Source: an uncultured Thermoleophilia bacterium
Lineage (GTDB): Bacteria; Actinomycetota; Thermoleophilia; Gaiellales; Gaiellaceae
Direction of reading: 5' to 3'
Assembly: GCA_963828655.1 (NCBI GenBank)
Contig: CAWHFK010000007.1
Coordinates: forward strand, 3 to 64,002
Length of the DNA stretch: 64,000 nt
Shown here: positions 45,645-55,392 of the stretch, piece by piece
Layout: the number at the start of each line of letters is the position of its first letter
Numbering within the stretch: the first letter of the stretch is position 1
Program-made: the position numbers and the translations under genes
The notes under the pieces: generated by a model
Told to the model about the DNA's origin: nothing
Database searches by the model: none
What the model saw: only the letters and a program-made list of their open reading frames with translations

Positions 45645-47213
45645 CTAGGAGCGTACGCCCGCCATCATCAGCCCGAGGGCCTCGCGCGTGCTCGCGCGGG
45701 GATCCGCCTCGGCGATGATCGCTCCCTCGTACATGACGAGCACCCGATCCGAGATCGAGAGCACCTCGTCGAGATCCTCGGAGATGACGAGAATTGCCGT
45801 GCCAGTGTCGCGCTGTGCGACGAGGCGTTCGTGGATGTAGCGCGCGGCGCCAACGTCTACGCCCCGAATCGGCTGCGCCACCAGCAGCACCTGCGGCGCG
45901 GCTGAAAGCTCGCGCGCCAGAATCAGCTTCTGGATGTTCCCACCCGAGAGGTTGCTGACGGGCACCTCGAGACTTGGCGTCTTGACGTCGAACTCCGCGA
46001 TGAGCTCGTCGCAATGCTTGCGGATGACGCGGCCCTGAAGGAAGCCGTAGCGGGAGTAAGGACGGTGCGCGTTGTCGATCAAGAGGAGATTCTCGGCGAC
46101 GCTGAACCCCGCAACGACCCCATCGCGCATCCGCTCTTCAGGCACGAATCCGAGGCCCGCCGCTCGCACCTCGGCCGGCCGGCGGCCCACCACTTCGACA
46201 CCGTTCAGCCGAACCGAGCCGCTCGTCGTCGACCGCAGGCCCGCAACCGCCTCAGCGAGCTCGCGCTGCCCGTTCCCCGAGACACCCGCGATGGCGACGA
46301 TCTCGCCCGAACAGACCTCCAGGCTCAATCCGCGGACCGCCTCGGTGCCACGGTCTCCGATCACGCGGAGGTTGGTCACCGCAAGCCTGACCTCGCCGGG
46401 CCGCTTCGCCGCCTGTGATTCCTCCGAGGAGAGCGTGTGGCCGACCATCATCTCGGCCAGCTGGTGCGGGCTCACGCTCGCCGGGAGCACCGTGCCGACA
46501 TTGCGGCCGCTGCGGAGGACCGTGATGCGGTCGGACAGCTCGAGGACCTCGCGGATCTTGTGGGAGATGAAGACCAGGCCTCGCCCGTCGGCGACCATCT
46601 GGCGGAGGACGGCGAAGAGATCGTCGACCTCCTGCGGGGTGAGCACCGCAGTGGGCTCGTCGAGAATCAGCAGCGATGCGTTGCGGTACAGCGCCTTGAT
46701 GATCTCCACACGCTGGCGCTCTCCGACCGACAGCTGCCAGATCACCGCGTCGGGGTCGACCTCGAGCCCGTATCGCTCGGACAGCTGGCGAACGCGGGCG
46801 GCCACGACTTTCAGGTCGGTCAAGGGCCCGCGCGACGAGTGCAGTCCGAGGGCCACGTTCTCGGTCACCGTGAGCGTGTTCACGAGCATGAAGTGCTGGT
46901 GGATCATCCCGATCCCGTGCCTGATCGCATCCGCCGGTGAGGTGATCGCAACCGGCGAGCCGTTCAGCCGAATCTCGCCCTCGTCCGGCTTGTAGAGGCC
47001 GTAGAGGACACGCATGAGGGTGCTCTTGCCCGCGCCGTTCTCACCGAACAGCGCATGCACCTCGCCTGCCCGCACGTCGAAATCGATCCGCTCGCCGGCG
47101 ACGACGCCGGGAAACCGTTTGGTGATGCCGCGCATCTCCAGCAATGGAGCGACGGCAATCTCCGGCGCGCTTCCCGGCGTTGTCACCTCGAGCGTTCGTC
47201 CGTGCTCAGACAC
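45645..47213 (-). CDS. ABC transporter ATP-binding protein with duplicated ATPase domains (sugar/nucleoside type)
   Basis: GENGAGKST, LSVGERQRVEI, LILDEP in the first domain. A second domain carries LSGGNIQK. Confidence 0.9.
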   Translation of the reverse strand: MSEHGRTLEVTTPGSAPEIAVAPLLEMRGITKRFPGVVAGERIDFDVRAGEVHALFGENGAGKSTLMRVLYGLYKPDEGEIRLNGSPVAITSPADAIRHGIGMIHQHFMLVNTLTVTENVALGLHSSRGPLTDLKVVAARVRQLSERYGLEVDPDAVIWQLSVGERQRVEIIKALYRNASLLILDEPTAVLTPQEVDDLFAVLRQMVADGRGLVFISHKIREVLELSDRITVLRSGRNVGTVLPASVSPHQLAEMMVGHTLSSEESQAAKRPGEVRLAVTNLRVIGDRGTEAVRGLSLEVCSGEIVAIAGVSGNGQRELAEAVAGLRSTTSGSVRLNGVEVVGRRPAEVRAAGLGFVPEERMRDGVVAGFSVAENLLLIDNAHRPYSRYGFLQGRVIRKHCDELIAEFDVKTPSLEVPVSNLSGGNIQKLILARELSAAPQVLLVAQPIRGVDVGAARYIHERLVAQRDTGTAILVISEDLDEVLSISDRVLVMYEGAIIAEADPRASTREALGLMMAGVRS

Positions 47214-47222
47214 GGCGATGAA

Positions 47223-48224
47223 TCACTTCGGTGCCTTGATCGAGCCCTTCTCGATCGCCTTGATCACCTTCTGGACCTTTGCCTTGACCGCGGCCGAGAG
47301 GTTGTAGCCGGCGTTGTACTGGATCTTCTCGCCACCATTGATCAGGTTGATGGTGTAGCTGGATCCGCCGAGCTTGCCGGCCGTGATTCTGGTGAAGACC
47401 TTCGTGAGCATGCCCTTCCAGTCGTAGACCTGGGAGGACACGACCTGCTTGGGTGCGAGCGAGGCCTGCGTCCACTGCGTCCCAAACCACGCGACGTTGT
47501 TCTGTTTTGCGACCGTGATCGCGCCGACGACGGATTGCGAACTGCCGGTGAGGACATCCGCCTTCTCGGCGAGGTACTCGGTCGCCTGCTTCGACATCAA
47601 GCTCGGGTCGCTGAACGACCCGGTGTAGCTGACGCGCACGGTGGTCTCAGGATTCGCAGCCAGTGCTCCGGCCTTGAAACCATCGACGTACAGCTTGGCG
47701 TCACCGACAGCGACGGGCCCGATCACGCCGATCACCTTCGACTTGCTGATCAGCTCACCCAGGTACCCCTGGACGTAGCCGCCTTCGTTCGAGGCGGCCT
47801 GGTAGGCGTAGACGTTCGGGAGGCCGAACGTCGAGGACGCCGTGCCCCACGCGAACGAGACTTTCGGGTACTTGGGTGCGAGCGCCTCGACCGTGCCCCC
47901 GTATTGCGAGCCGTGGGCAATGATCAGGTTGTAGCCCGCGGCGGCGTATTGCCGCATGATGTTGGCCGCGTCGGCGACGACGAACTGGTTCTCCGAGACG
48001 GAGAGCTTGAAGTTGTACTTCGCCTGCAGCTGCTTGAGTGCGCTGTACATCGACTGGGTGAACGCCAGATCGTTGTGTGCGCTCGGTGCGATCAGTGCGA
48101 CCTTCAGCTGGGGGGTGGCCGACTTCGTGCTCGTCGTGGCACCGGCGATTGCGACGGAGGCGACGAGGAGAGCGACGGCGACAGCGGGAATGAACACCAA
48201 CCGCCGGAGCGAGGAGATAGGCAT
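47223..48224 (-). CDS. BMP-family (Med/PnrA-like) ABC transporter substrate-binding protein
   Basis: Start at MPISSLRRLVF with a signal peptide. LKVALIAPSAHNDLAFTQS...GVIGPVAVGD pattern of BMP lipoprotein-family binders. Confidence 0.8.
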   Translation of the reverse strand: MPISSLRRLVFIPAVAVALLVASVAIAGATTSTKSATPQLKVALIAPSAHNDLAFTQSMYSALKQLQAKYNFKLSVSENQFVVADAANIMRQYAAAGYNLIIAHGSQYGGTVEALAPKYPKVSFAWGTASSTFGLPNVYAYQAASNEGGYVQGYLGELISKSKVIGVIGPVAVGDAKLYVDGFKAGALAANPETTVRVSYTGSFSDPSLMSKQATEYLAEKADVLTGSSQSVVGAITVAKQNNVAWFGTQWTQASLAPKQVVSSQVYDWKGMLTKVFTRITAGKLGGSSYTINLINGGEKIQYNAGYNLSAAVKAKVQKVIKAIEKGSIKAPK

Positions 48225-48359
48225 GTTGCGTTCCTCTCTTCTGAACTGCATCACCACCGATATCTGCCGGCGGCGCTTCAATCGTGGCGGAACGGGTTTT
48301 GACGGCAATCGGTGTGTCCGCTGATCGTCGCAGGGTATTTCCGCACGTCTCCCGGGAGC

Positions 48360-49292
48360 TCAGCCGCCCCGCTCGTACGGCTTCCCGAGAGCCGCCGGCT
48401 GCCGGAAGCGCTGTGCGATCGTCAGCAGAGCGAAGACGGTGATCACCGCAGGAGCCGTCGACGCGAGGTCGGAGACGCTGAGCGGGATGATCCCGAGTCC
48501 CTTCCACGAGAGGGTCACCGCTTCGGTCAGCCCGTAGAGCAGGGCCCCGGCCATCACGCCGACCGGGCGCCAGGCGCCGAAGTAGACGAGCGCGACGGCG
48601 ATGAAGCCGGCGGCCTGGGTCAGGTTCTGCTGGAAGATGCCGACCTCGATCAGGAGCGTCGCACCCGCGAGGCCCGCAAGGGTGCTGCCGATCACGACTG
48701 TCGCGTAACGGACGAGCGGCACACTCACCCCGAGGCTGTCCGCTGCCGCGGGATTCTCGCCCACCGCCTTGATGTTCAGCCCGAACGTCGTGCGGTTCAG
48801 GACGAACGTCACGACCGGCACCAGGATGAACGCGAGATAGACGAGAGCGGTCTGCTCGAACAGCATTCCGCCGATCGTCGGAATGCGGTCGAGCAGCGGG
48901 ATGTTGATCGGCGAGAGCTGTTTGATCGGGATGGGCGTGCCGACGAGTTTCAGGAAGAGCAGGCTGCTGAACCCGAGCGCGAAGAGGTAGACACCGATGC
49001 CGCTGATCCCCTGCTCTGCCTTGAGCGTGACGCTCATCAGTGCCGTCACCAGACCGAGGATCGCGCCGACGCCCATCCCCGCCAGCACGGCGAACCAGAG
49101 GTTGTCCGTCTTGAGTGCGGTGTAGTACGCGGCGAAGGCTCCGAGCAGCATGATCCCGTCCACGCCAAGGTTGATCACTCCGCTGCGCTGGCCCAACGTC
49201 TCGCCGAGCGCCGCGAGCAGGAACGGCGCGGCGAGCTGGATCCCGGAAGCCACCGTCGCGGTCAGGATCGCCGAGGTGAAGAACTGGTTCAT
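48360..49292 (-). CDS. ABC transporter permease (BMP/ribose-type)
   Basis: Start at MNQFFTSAIL, ATGA overlap with the upstream permease. LGETLGQRSGVINLGVDGIM motif. Confidence 0.85.
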   Translation of the reverse strand: MNQFFTSAILTATVASGIQLAAPFLLAALGETLGQRSGVINLGVDGIMLLGAFAAYYTALKTDNLWFAVLAGMGVGAILGLVTALMSVTLKAEQGISGIGVYLFALGFSSLLFLKLVGTPIPIKQLSPINIPLLDRIPTIGGMLFEQTALVYLAFILVPVVTFVLNRTTFGLNIKAVGENPAAADSLGVSVPLVRYATVVIGSTLAGLAGATLLIEVGIFQQNLTQAAGFIAVALVYFGAWRPVGVMAGALLYGLTEAVTLSWKGLGIIPLSVSDLASTAPAVITVFALLTIAQRFRQPAALGKPYERGG

Positions 49293-50482
49293 CCGCTCGC
49301 CTCGACGCGAACGGGGCGGTCGATCGAGTCGCTCGGCGAGACTCGCCGGCTCCGGTCTGCCGCCTCGAGCAGGCGGGTCCGCCGGCGAACGTATTCCAGG
49401 GAGACGACAAACACGACCACGAGGCCGTTCAACGCGACGATCAGGTCCGAGGGGACGTTCGTCACGACCTGCATCGCCGATCCCCCGACGAGAAGCCCGG
49501 CGAAGATGAAAGCCGACAGGATCGTCCACAGCGGATTCAGAGCGCCGAAGAGCGCGACGACGATGCCGTTGTATCCGGCCGAGCCGGTGAAGCCGTTGAG
49601 GCTGCCGTCGGTGACCATTCGGTGCGAGTCGCTCCCGAATACGAGCATCGATCCGGCGATGCCGCACAATGCCCCGCTCAGCGTCATCGCGAGGGTGATC
49701 GTGCGTTTCACCGGCATGCCGGCGTACGTCGAAGCTTCGCGAGACAGCCCGACGGCGCGGATGCGGAAGCCGAAGCTGGTGCGCCAGAGCAGGACGTACA
49801 CGGCGATCGCGAGCAGAACCGAAATGAGGACGCCGAGATGCAGTTGGGTGTCCGGGATCATGATGGGCAGCCAGGAGTGCTTGGGCAGCAGCCTCGTCTG
49901 AGGGATGAGCCCGCCGACGGACCCGGACGACTTGTCGACGAGCGGCCCGGCCAGCAGATAGTTCATGAGCTGCACCGCGACGAGATTGAGCATGATCGTG
50001 CTCAGAATCTCGTTGACGTTGAAGTACGCCTTGAAAAACCCGGGGATCGCGCCCCAGAACCCACCCCCGACCGCTCCGGCCAGCAGCACGAGCGGGATCA
50101 GGGCCACCGCGGGCAGATCGGGGAAGATGAGCACGGCCGTCGTTGCCGCGAGGCCCCCCATCGCGATCTGGCCCTCCCCGCCGATGTTGAAGACGTTCGC
50201 GCGGAAAGCGATGCAGATGCCGACACCGACGAGCAGGAGCGGAATCGCCTTGACTGCGGTGCTGCTCAGCGCGTAGCCGCTACCGAAGGCCCCGGAAGCG
50301 AGCGCGTGGTATCCGCTGACCGGATCCGCGCCGAGCGCCGCGATCATGATCGCTCCGACGAGCAAGGCTGCGATCGCCGACGCGGGCAGGGCGAACCAGC
50401 TCAGGAGGAAACGGCGCCAGTTGAGTCCCGTCGAATGGGTCACGGCCGAACCGAGCGTCACGGACACACTCCGCCCGCGCAT
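49289..50482 (-). CDS. ABC transporter permease (BMP/ribose-type)
   Basis: AFRANVFNIGGEGQ motif and about 10 TM helices. Start at 50482 chosen among several in-frame Met codons (alternative 50572). Confidence 0.8.
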   Translation of the reverse strand: MRGRSVSVTLGSAVTHSTGLNWRRFLLSWFALPASAIAALLVGAIMIAALGADPVSGYHALASGAFGSGYALSSTAVKAIPLLLVGVGICIAFRANVFNIGGEGQIAMGGLAATTAVLIFPDLPAVALIPLVLLAGAVGGGFWGAIPGFFKAYFNVNEILSTIMLNLVAVQLMNYLLAGPLVDKSSGSVGGLIPQTRLLPKHSWLPIMIPDTQLHLGVLISVLLAIAVYVLLWRTSFGFRIRAVGLSREASTYAGMPVKRTITLAMTLSGALCGIAGSMLVFGSDSHRMVTDGSLNGFTGSAGYNGIVVALFGALNPLWTILSAFIFAGLLVGGSAMQVVTNVPSDLIVALNGLVVVFVVSLEYVRRRTRLLEAADRSRRVSPSDSIDRPVRVEASG

Positions 50483-50615
50483 CGGTTCGTCGCCCGTCGG
50501 GACTGCGGGTTTCCACTGGTTTGCGCTCAGAGCGGGCAGACCGTCCTCTACCGTCGGACTCTGTGTTCGCATTCGCCGGCGGCCCCTTCGTCGGGTGCGC
50601 TGGTGGGCCATTGCC

Positions 50616-51587
50616 ATGACCGGAATCGACGCTTCGACCTCTCCCCCTCCCTTGCCGCGCTGGTTCGGACCTAGAGCCAGCCCAGATGACCCGGCCGTCT
50701 CGGCCCTGATCGACCGGGTCGCGCGCGGGGCCGGATGGGCAGACATCGGCGGTGCGTTCAACCTCAACCTGCGGATAGACGCAGAGCCGCCGGTTGTCCT
50801 CCGGGTTCACAGGCCCTGGGTCCGTCGCGGGCGGGTAGCGGGACTGCGGCGCCTGCGGGAACGGCTCCAGCGGACGCAAGTCCGCGTCGCTCGGCCGATC
50901 CTGTTTTCCGGCTGCGACCTCCTGAGGGTCGCTGATCGTTGGGCTGAGCTCGAGGAGTTCATCGATCACGTCCAGCCGCGGGCGGACGAGGACGCGTACG
51001 TCCGCCTATTCGAGGAACTCGGACGCCTGCACACTGTGCTCAAAGCAGTCTGGGAGCCCCGCCCGCCCGAACCCCTCGACGACCACAGAACCTTCGGCCA
51101 ATTGCGTTACTCGGTCGGCTTCACACGCCGCAGGCTCGGACCCCGCAGCGAGCCGGTCGTGCATCGGATGCGCCAACTGACCGGCGAGCTCTCCAGTCTC
51201 TGGAAGGAGGTCGAACTGCCACGCACCCCGATTCATGGGGACTACAGACTGGGCAACGCGGGAGAACTGTCAGACGGCTCATGGGCCACCTTCGACCTGG
51301 ATTTCGCGAGGGTCAGGGAACGGCTGTACGACATCGCCGCCAGCCTGCACCACGTCGCACCGAGCGGCGAATTGCTCGAGCCGCGACGACTGCTCGACGC
51401 CTACGAACGCACGGCTCCGGAACCACTGACTCGCGACGAGCACCGATGGCTCCCCGGGGCTCTAGCCCTTGTACCCCTGCACTGGGCTGCCACCGCAGGG
51501 CTCGTGGGCGACGGAATCCACGAGGCCGAGAGCGCAATGACCGCCGCCGAGGCCTGGTGGTCGCGCCGGGCTGAACTCTCGTCGTAG
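50616..51587 (+). CDS. Phosphotransferase (aminoglycoside/choline kinase-like, APH fold)
   Basis: Catalytic-loop HGDYRLGN and FDLDFA (DFD-like) motifs. Start at MTGIDAS. The upstream ORF extension is antisense to the permease gene. Confidence 0.7.
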   Translation: MTGIDASTSPPPLPRWFGPRASPDDPAVSALIDRVARGAGWADIGGAFNLNLRIDAEPPVVLRVHRPWVRRGRVAGLRRLRERLQRTQVRVARPILFSGCDLLRVADRWAELEEFIDHVQPRADEDAYVRLFEELGRLHTVLKAVWEPRPPEPLDDHRTFGQLRYSVGFTRRRLGPRSEPVVHRMRQLTGELSSLWKEVELPRTPIHGDYRLGNAGELSDGSWATFDLDFARVRERLYDIAASLHHVAPSGELLEPRRLLDAYERTAPEPLTRDEHRWLPGALALVPLHWAATAGLVGDGIHEAESAMTAAEAWWSRRAELSS

Positions 51588-51871
51588 TCCGCCTCCCCAC
51601 CGACGCTGGCCTCGCGATGTCTGGAGCACTGGGGGGCAGCTTGCCGTCCGCGTTTCGGGGCGCGACCAGCCCGAGAAGATCGCCTTGGGGGACGACGACT
51701 CCGTCCGCGACGAGCTGGCCCGGTTCCTGAATCGGCAGGGCCTGTACGCACAGATGTGGATCCGTCTCGCGTCCGGTGAGTACGCCCGGTACGACGCGAT
51801 CGCCTCCGTCGCGCCTCCGCCCGGCTGGCCCGGCCGGGACGACCGGGCCAGCCGAGGAGAGAACAGGTAGG

Positions 51872-52651
51872 TCAGGCAGGCCGCGTCGTGCCCGTGCGGC
51901 GGCTGCCGGCGAACGTCGCTCCTGCGATCGCGAGCAGCACAGCGCCGGCGATCACGCCGTCGGTCACGTCGCGACTCGTGATCCCCAGGAACTCGCCGCT
52001 GGACGAGCCGGTAGCGACGGTGACCGGCGAGGTGCCGGCCGTCGCTGCCGTGTCGCCGATCTGCAGCCCCGGGGTGTGCACGTTCGACGGGGTTCCGGCT
52101 TCGGCGTCCGTCGCGTGAGCCGTGGCCATGTTGGCGGACGGCGTCGCGATCGTCGCCGGTTCGTCGCCGATCTGCAGCCCCGGCGTCCTCACGTTCGAGG
52201 ATGCCCCGGCGTCGGCGGCGAGCGACTCGGCCGCCAACGTCTGCACGGTTGCAACAGAAGCCCCGGAAGACGCATGATCGAGGGCAGGTGCCGCGTTCGC
52301 GATCGTCGCCCCGGAGCCGAGAGCTCCCGCCGCGGCGACGGCGAAGACGAGCCCCTTCTCGCGAAGACCGTGCGCCTCGACGTCGTCGAAGATCGTCTGC
52401 AGCTCGTCGCGGTCGAACGTGAGAACGACACCGTCGTCCGTGGCGTCTGCGAGCAGTTGCTCGAGTTCGTCGTACGACCAGCTGATGCCGATCGTGTCCT
52501 CCTCCTCACCGCGGGTCACGTTCAGGTAGAGCTCCGGCGCGTGCGCCGGATCTGCCACAGCTCCCGCGATCTCGTCGCGCGGGACGAGCGTCGTGACCGC
52601 GCGCTCCGCCGGAATCTGCTCGGCGAGACGTGCCGTACCGTGCATCTCCAT
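51872..52651 (-). CDS. Hypothetical protein with internal 37-aa repeat and C-terminal TM anchor
   Basis: GGAGGAGG RBS. SNV(R/H)TPGLQIGD repeated. On DNA the units start at 52053 and 52164 (111 nt apart). Tail is GAVLLAIAGATFAGSRR. Confidence 0.6.
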   Translation of the reverse strand: MEMHGTARLAEQIPAERAVTTLVPRDEIAGAVADPAHAPELYLNVTRGEEEDTIGISWSYDELEQLLADATDDGVVLTFDRDELQTIFDDVEAHGLREKGLVFAVAAAGALGSGATIANAAPALDHASSGASVATVQTLAAESLAADAGASSNVRTPGLQIGDEPATIATPSANMATAHATDAEAGTPSNVHTPGLQIGDTAATAGTSPVTVATGSSSGEFLGITSRDVTDGVIAGAVLLAIAGATFAGSRRTGTTRPA

Positions 52652-52906
52652 GTTTCGGCCTCCTCCGCGTGCTGTCTTGTGACGCTACCCACAAGACGCG
52701 GTACCGCCTCGCTTTCTTCCGCGCCAGGTCAGCGACGGCACCACGAACGAAGGCGTCGTGGGACGAGATCCGCGACGACCTCCCCCGCTACGACGGACAC
52801 GTCGAGTAGCCCTGCAGCTTCCTCGAATTCCAGGTTGCCGCTGCACCTGACGCTGTGCCACCGACCCGCCTTGACCGTCTTCGATCGTTGCGTGAGTCTG
52901 CGCGAG

Positions 52907-55375
52907 ATGGCACGAAACCTTCCGCACGGGACCGTGACGTTCATGTTCACGGACATCGAAGGGTCGACCCGGCTCCTGCATGAGCTCGGCGATGGGTACG
53001 CCGGCGTGCTCGCCGAGCACCGGCTACTCGTGCGAGAGGTCATAGCGACCCATTGCGGCGCAGAGGTCGACACCCAGGGCGACGCGTTCTTCGTCGCCTT
53101 TGCTCGAGCTTCGGATGCCGCATCGGCGGCGGCGGACATCCAAGAGGCGCTCCGGCACGGGCCGGTGTCGATCCGGATCGGCCTGCACACCGGCGAGCCG
53201 ACCGTCACCGACGAAGGGTACGTGGGCATCGACGTCCACCGCGGCGCGCGCATCATGAGCGCCGGTCACGGCGGCCAGGTCGTGCTCTCGACGCGAACAC
53301 GGTCGTTGCTGGACGACGGCGCGCCCGTCCGCGACCTGGGCGAGCATCGTCTGAAGGACATGGGTGCGCCCGAGCGGCTGTTCCAGCTCGGCGCGGGATC
53401 CTTTCCACCCTTGCGAACGCTCGATGCCACGAACCTTCCGACGCGGGTGACCCCACTGCTCGGACGAGAGCGGGAGCTGGGCGAGCTCATCGAGCTGGTT
53501 GGAGACGCACGGCTCGTCACCGTCACCGGCCCCGGCGGCATCGGGAAGACGCGTCTCGCGCTGCAGGCTGCCGCCGAGCTCGTCGAGCGCTTCCACGACG
53601 GTGTGTTCTGGGTGGCGCTCGCCGGGCTCGCCGATCCGGGTCTCGTCGTTCCGGAGATCGCGCAGGCCGTCGGCGCCCAGGGGGACCTCGAAGGATTTCT
53701 GCGCGGTCGCGAGCTCCTGCTCCTCATCGACAACTTCGAGCACGTGCAGGCTGCGGCGCCGGCGCTGCACGAGCTGCTCTCACTCTCGGATCGTCTGCGC
53801 CTCTTGATCACGAGCCGTGCGCCGTTGCGGGTTTCCGGAGAGCACCAGTACCGGCTGGAGCCGCTCGAGGCGGCCGACGCCGCTGCGCTCTTCGGCGCCC
53901 GGACCGCGGCGGCAGGCGGAGCTGACGCCGAGCCCGAGACCGTCGACGCCATCTGCGCCCGGCTCGACCGCCTGCCGCTCGCCATCGAACTGGCAGCTGC
54001 CCGCACAAGTCTGCTGAGCGGTGAGAGCTTGCTCCAGCGGCTCGATCGCACCCTCCCGCTCCTGACGACCGGCGCACGAGACGCGCCGGAGAGACAGCGC
54101 ACTCTCCGGGCGACGATCGAATGGAGCCACGACCTCCTCGATCCGCGCACGCGGGAGGTATTCGCCCGCTGCGGCGCGTTTGCGGGATCCTTCTCGCTCG
54201 CTGCGGGCGAGCACGTCTGCGACACGTCGCTCGACGAGCTCGAGCTGCTCGTCGACGCGAGTCTCGTCAAGGCGGTCGGCGACGAGCGGCTGCTGCTGTT
54301 GGACACGATTCGCGAGTTCGCCCGCGAGCGCCTGCTCGTGCAGGAAGACGGTGAGGCTGTCGCCCGACGGCACGCGGACTACTTCGCAGCCGTCGCCGAA
54401 GAGGCATACCGGCACCGCTTCGAGGCCGAGACCGAGTGGGTGACGGCGCTCGAGAACGATCACGACAACCATCGGGCCGCGCTCGACTGGCGCGTAGAGC
54501 ACGATCCTGTCGGCGCGCTCGAGCTCGCGGGGGCGCTCGGCTGGTTTTGGATCTCACACTCGCATCTCGAGGAGGGCCGCCGCCGGCTTGCAGCGGCGCT
54601 CACCGCAGCACCTGCGGAGAGTCGCGCCGTTGCACGCGCCCTCGTCGCCGCGGGCGGCCTGGCTGTCAGGCAAGCCGACGGCGACGAGGCGCGCAGGCAG
54701 CTGCAGGCCGGCATCGCGATGTGGCGCAAGCTCGGCGACGAGGCGGAACTGACGACCGCGCTGGACGAGCTCGGCTGGATGCTCTTCTTCACCGACCGCA
54801 ACCCAGAGGCGCTGCGTGCGTTCGAGGAGAGCCTCGAGCGCCGCCGGGCGTCAGGCGATCGCGGCGGTCAGACGCGCGCCCTGACCGGTGTGTGCCAGGT
54901 GCTCGTCGCCCAGGGCGAAGTCGAACGCACCGAGCAGCTTTCGAGCGAGCTCCTGGAACTCGCGCGGGGCGATGCCGACCCACGCTCCGAGCACTTCGCC
55001 CTTCACTACCTGGCGGACTGCTCGCTCATCCGAGGGGACTACGACCACGCGCAGAATCGGTATCGCGAGAGCCTCGTATCCGTCCTGCGTCTCGGCGACG
55101 TGCTGGAGACAAGCTTCGAGATTCAAGGTTTGGCGATGTCGGCGGCGGGCCGTGGCGATGCGGTACGCGCGCTGCGGCTCGCGGCGGCTGTCGAGGCGCT
55201 CTGGGAGGAGCGCGGCATCACGATCTCGGTTCCGTTCTGGGACGATCTGCTGAGAACGCATCTCGGAGAGGCCCGCGAGGCGCTCGGCGTCGAGGCCGAC
55301 TCGTACTGGGCCGAGGGCAGGCGGATCGGCTTCGATGCCGCGGTTGCGCTCGCCCTCGGTGAGTCGGACGAGTGA
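52907..55375 (+). CDS. Cyclase-homology domain + NB-ARC (STAND) NTPase + TPR protein (third paralog)
   Basis: FMFTDIEGST, VDTQGDAFFVAF, GIDVHRGARI. Walker A is GPGGIGKT and Walker B is LLLLIDNFE. Also LLITSRA, RLPLAIELAA and TPR-like repeats. Confidence 0.9.
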   Translation: MARNLPHGTVTFMFTDIEGSTRLLHELGDGYAGVLAEHRLLVREVIATHCGAEVDTQGDAFFVAFARASDAASAAADIQEALRHGPVSIRIGLHTGEPTVTDEGYVGIDVHRGARIMSAGHGGQVVLSTRTRSLLDDGAPVRDLGEHRLKDMGAPERLFQLGAGSFPPLRTLDATNLPTRVTPLLGRERELGELIELVGDARLVTVTGPGGIGKTRLALQAAAELVERFHDGVFWVALAGLADPGLVVPEIAQAVGAQGDLEGFLRGRELLLLIDNFEHVQAAAPALHELLSLSDRLRLLITSRAPLRVSGEHQYRLEPLEAADAAALFGARTAAAGGADAEPETVDAICARLDRLPLAIELAAARTSLLSGESLLQRLDRTLPLLTTGARDAPERQRTLRATIEWSHDLLDPRTREVFARCGAFAGSFSLAAGEHVCDTSLDELELLVDASLVKAVGDERLLLLDTIREFARERLLVQEDGEAVARRHADYFAAVAEEAYRHRFEAETEWVTALENDHDNHRAALDWRVEHDPVGALELAGALGWFWISHSHLEEGRRRLAAALTAAPAESRAVARALVAAGGLAVRQADGDEARRQLQAGIAMWRKLGDEAELTTALDELGWMLFFTDRNPEALRAFEESLERRRASGDRGGQTRALTGVCQVLVAQGEVERTEQLSSELLELARGDADPRSEHFALHYLADCSLIRGDYDHAQNRYRESLVSVLRLGDVLETSFEIQGLAMSAAGRGDAVRALRLAAAVEALWEERGITISVPFWDDLLRTHLGEAREALGVEADSYWAEGRRIGFDAAVALALGESDE

Positions 55376-55392
55376 AGTCCATCCGGCCGGGG

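Noticed and set aside
45645-45647. Programmed stop-codon readthrough fusing the ABC ATPase to the downstream in-frame cupin fragment.
   Set aside because: In-frame placement is expected by chance one time in three, the fragment lacks half the domain, and no readthrough context is evident.
51685-51870. 61-aa plus-strand ORF (TTG start) in the gap before 51872.
   Set aside because: No RBS, no recognisable family, and it ends in low-complexity sequence. Cannot be supported from sequence alone.
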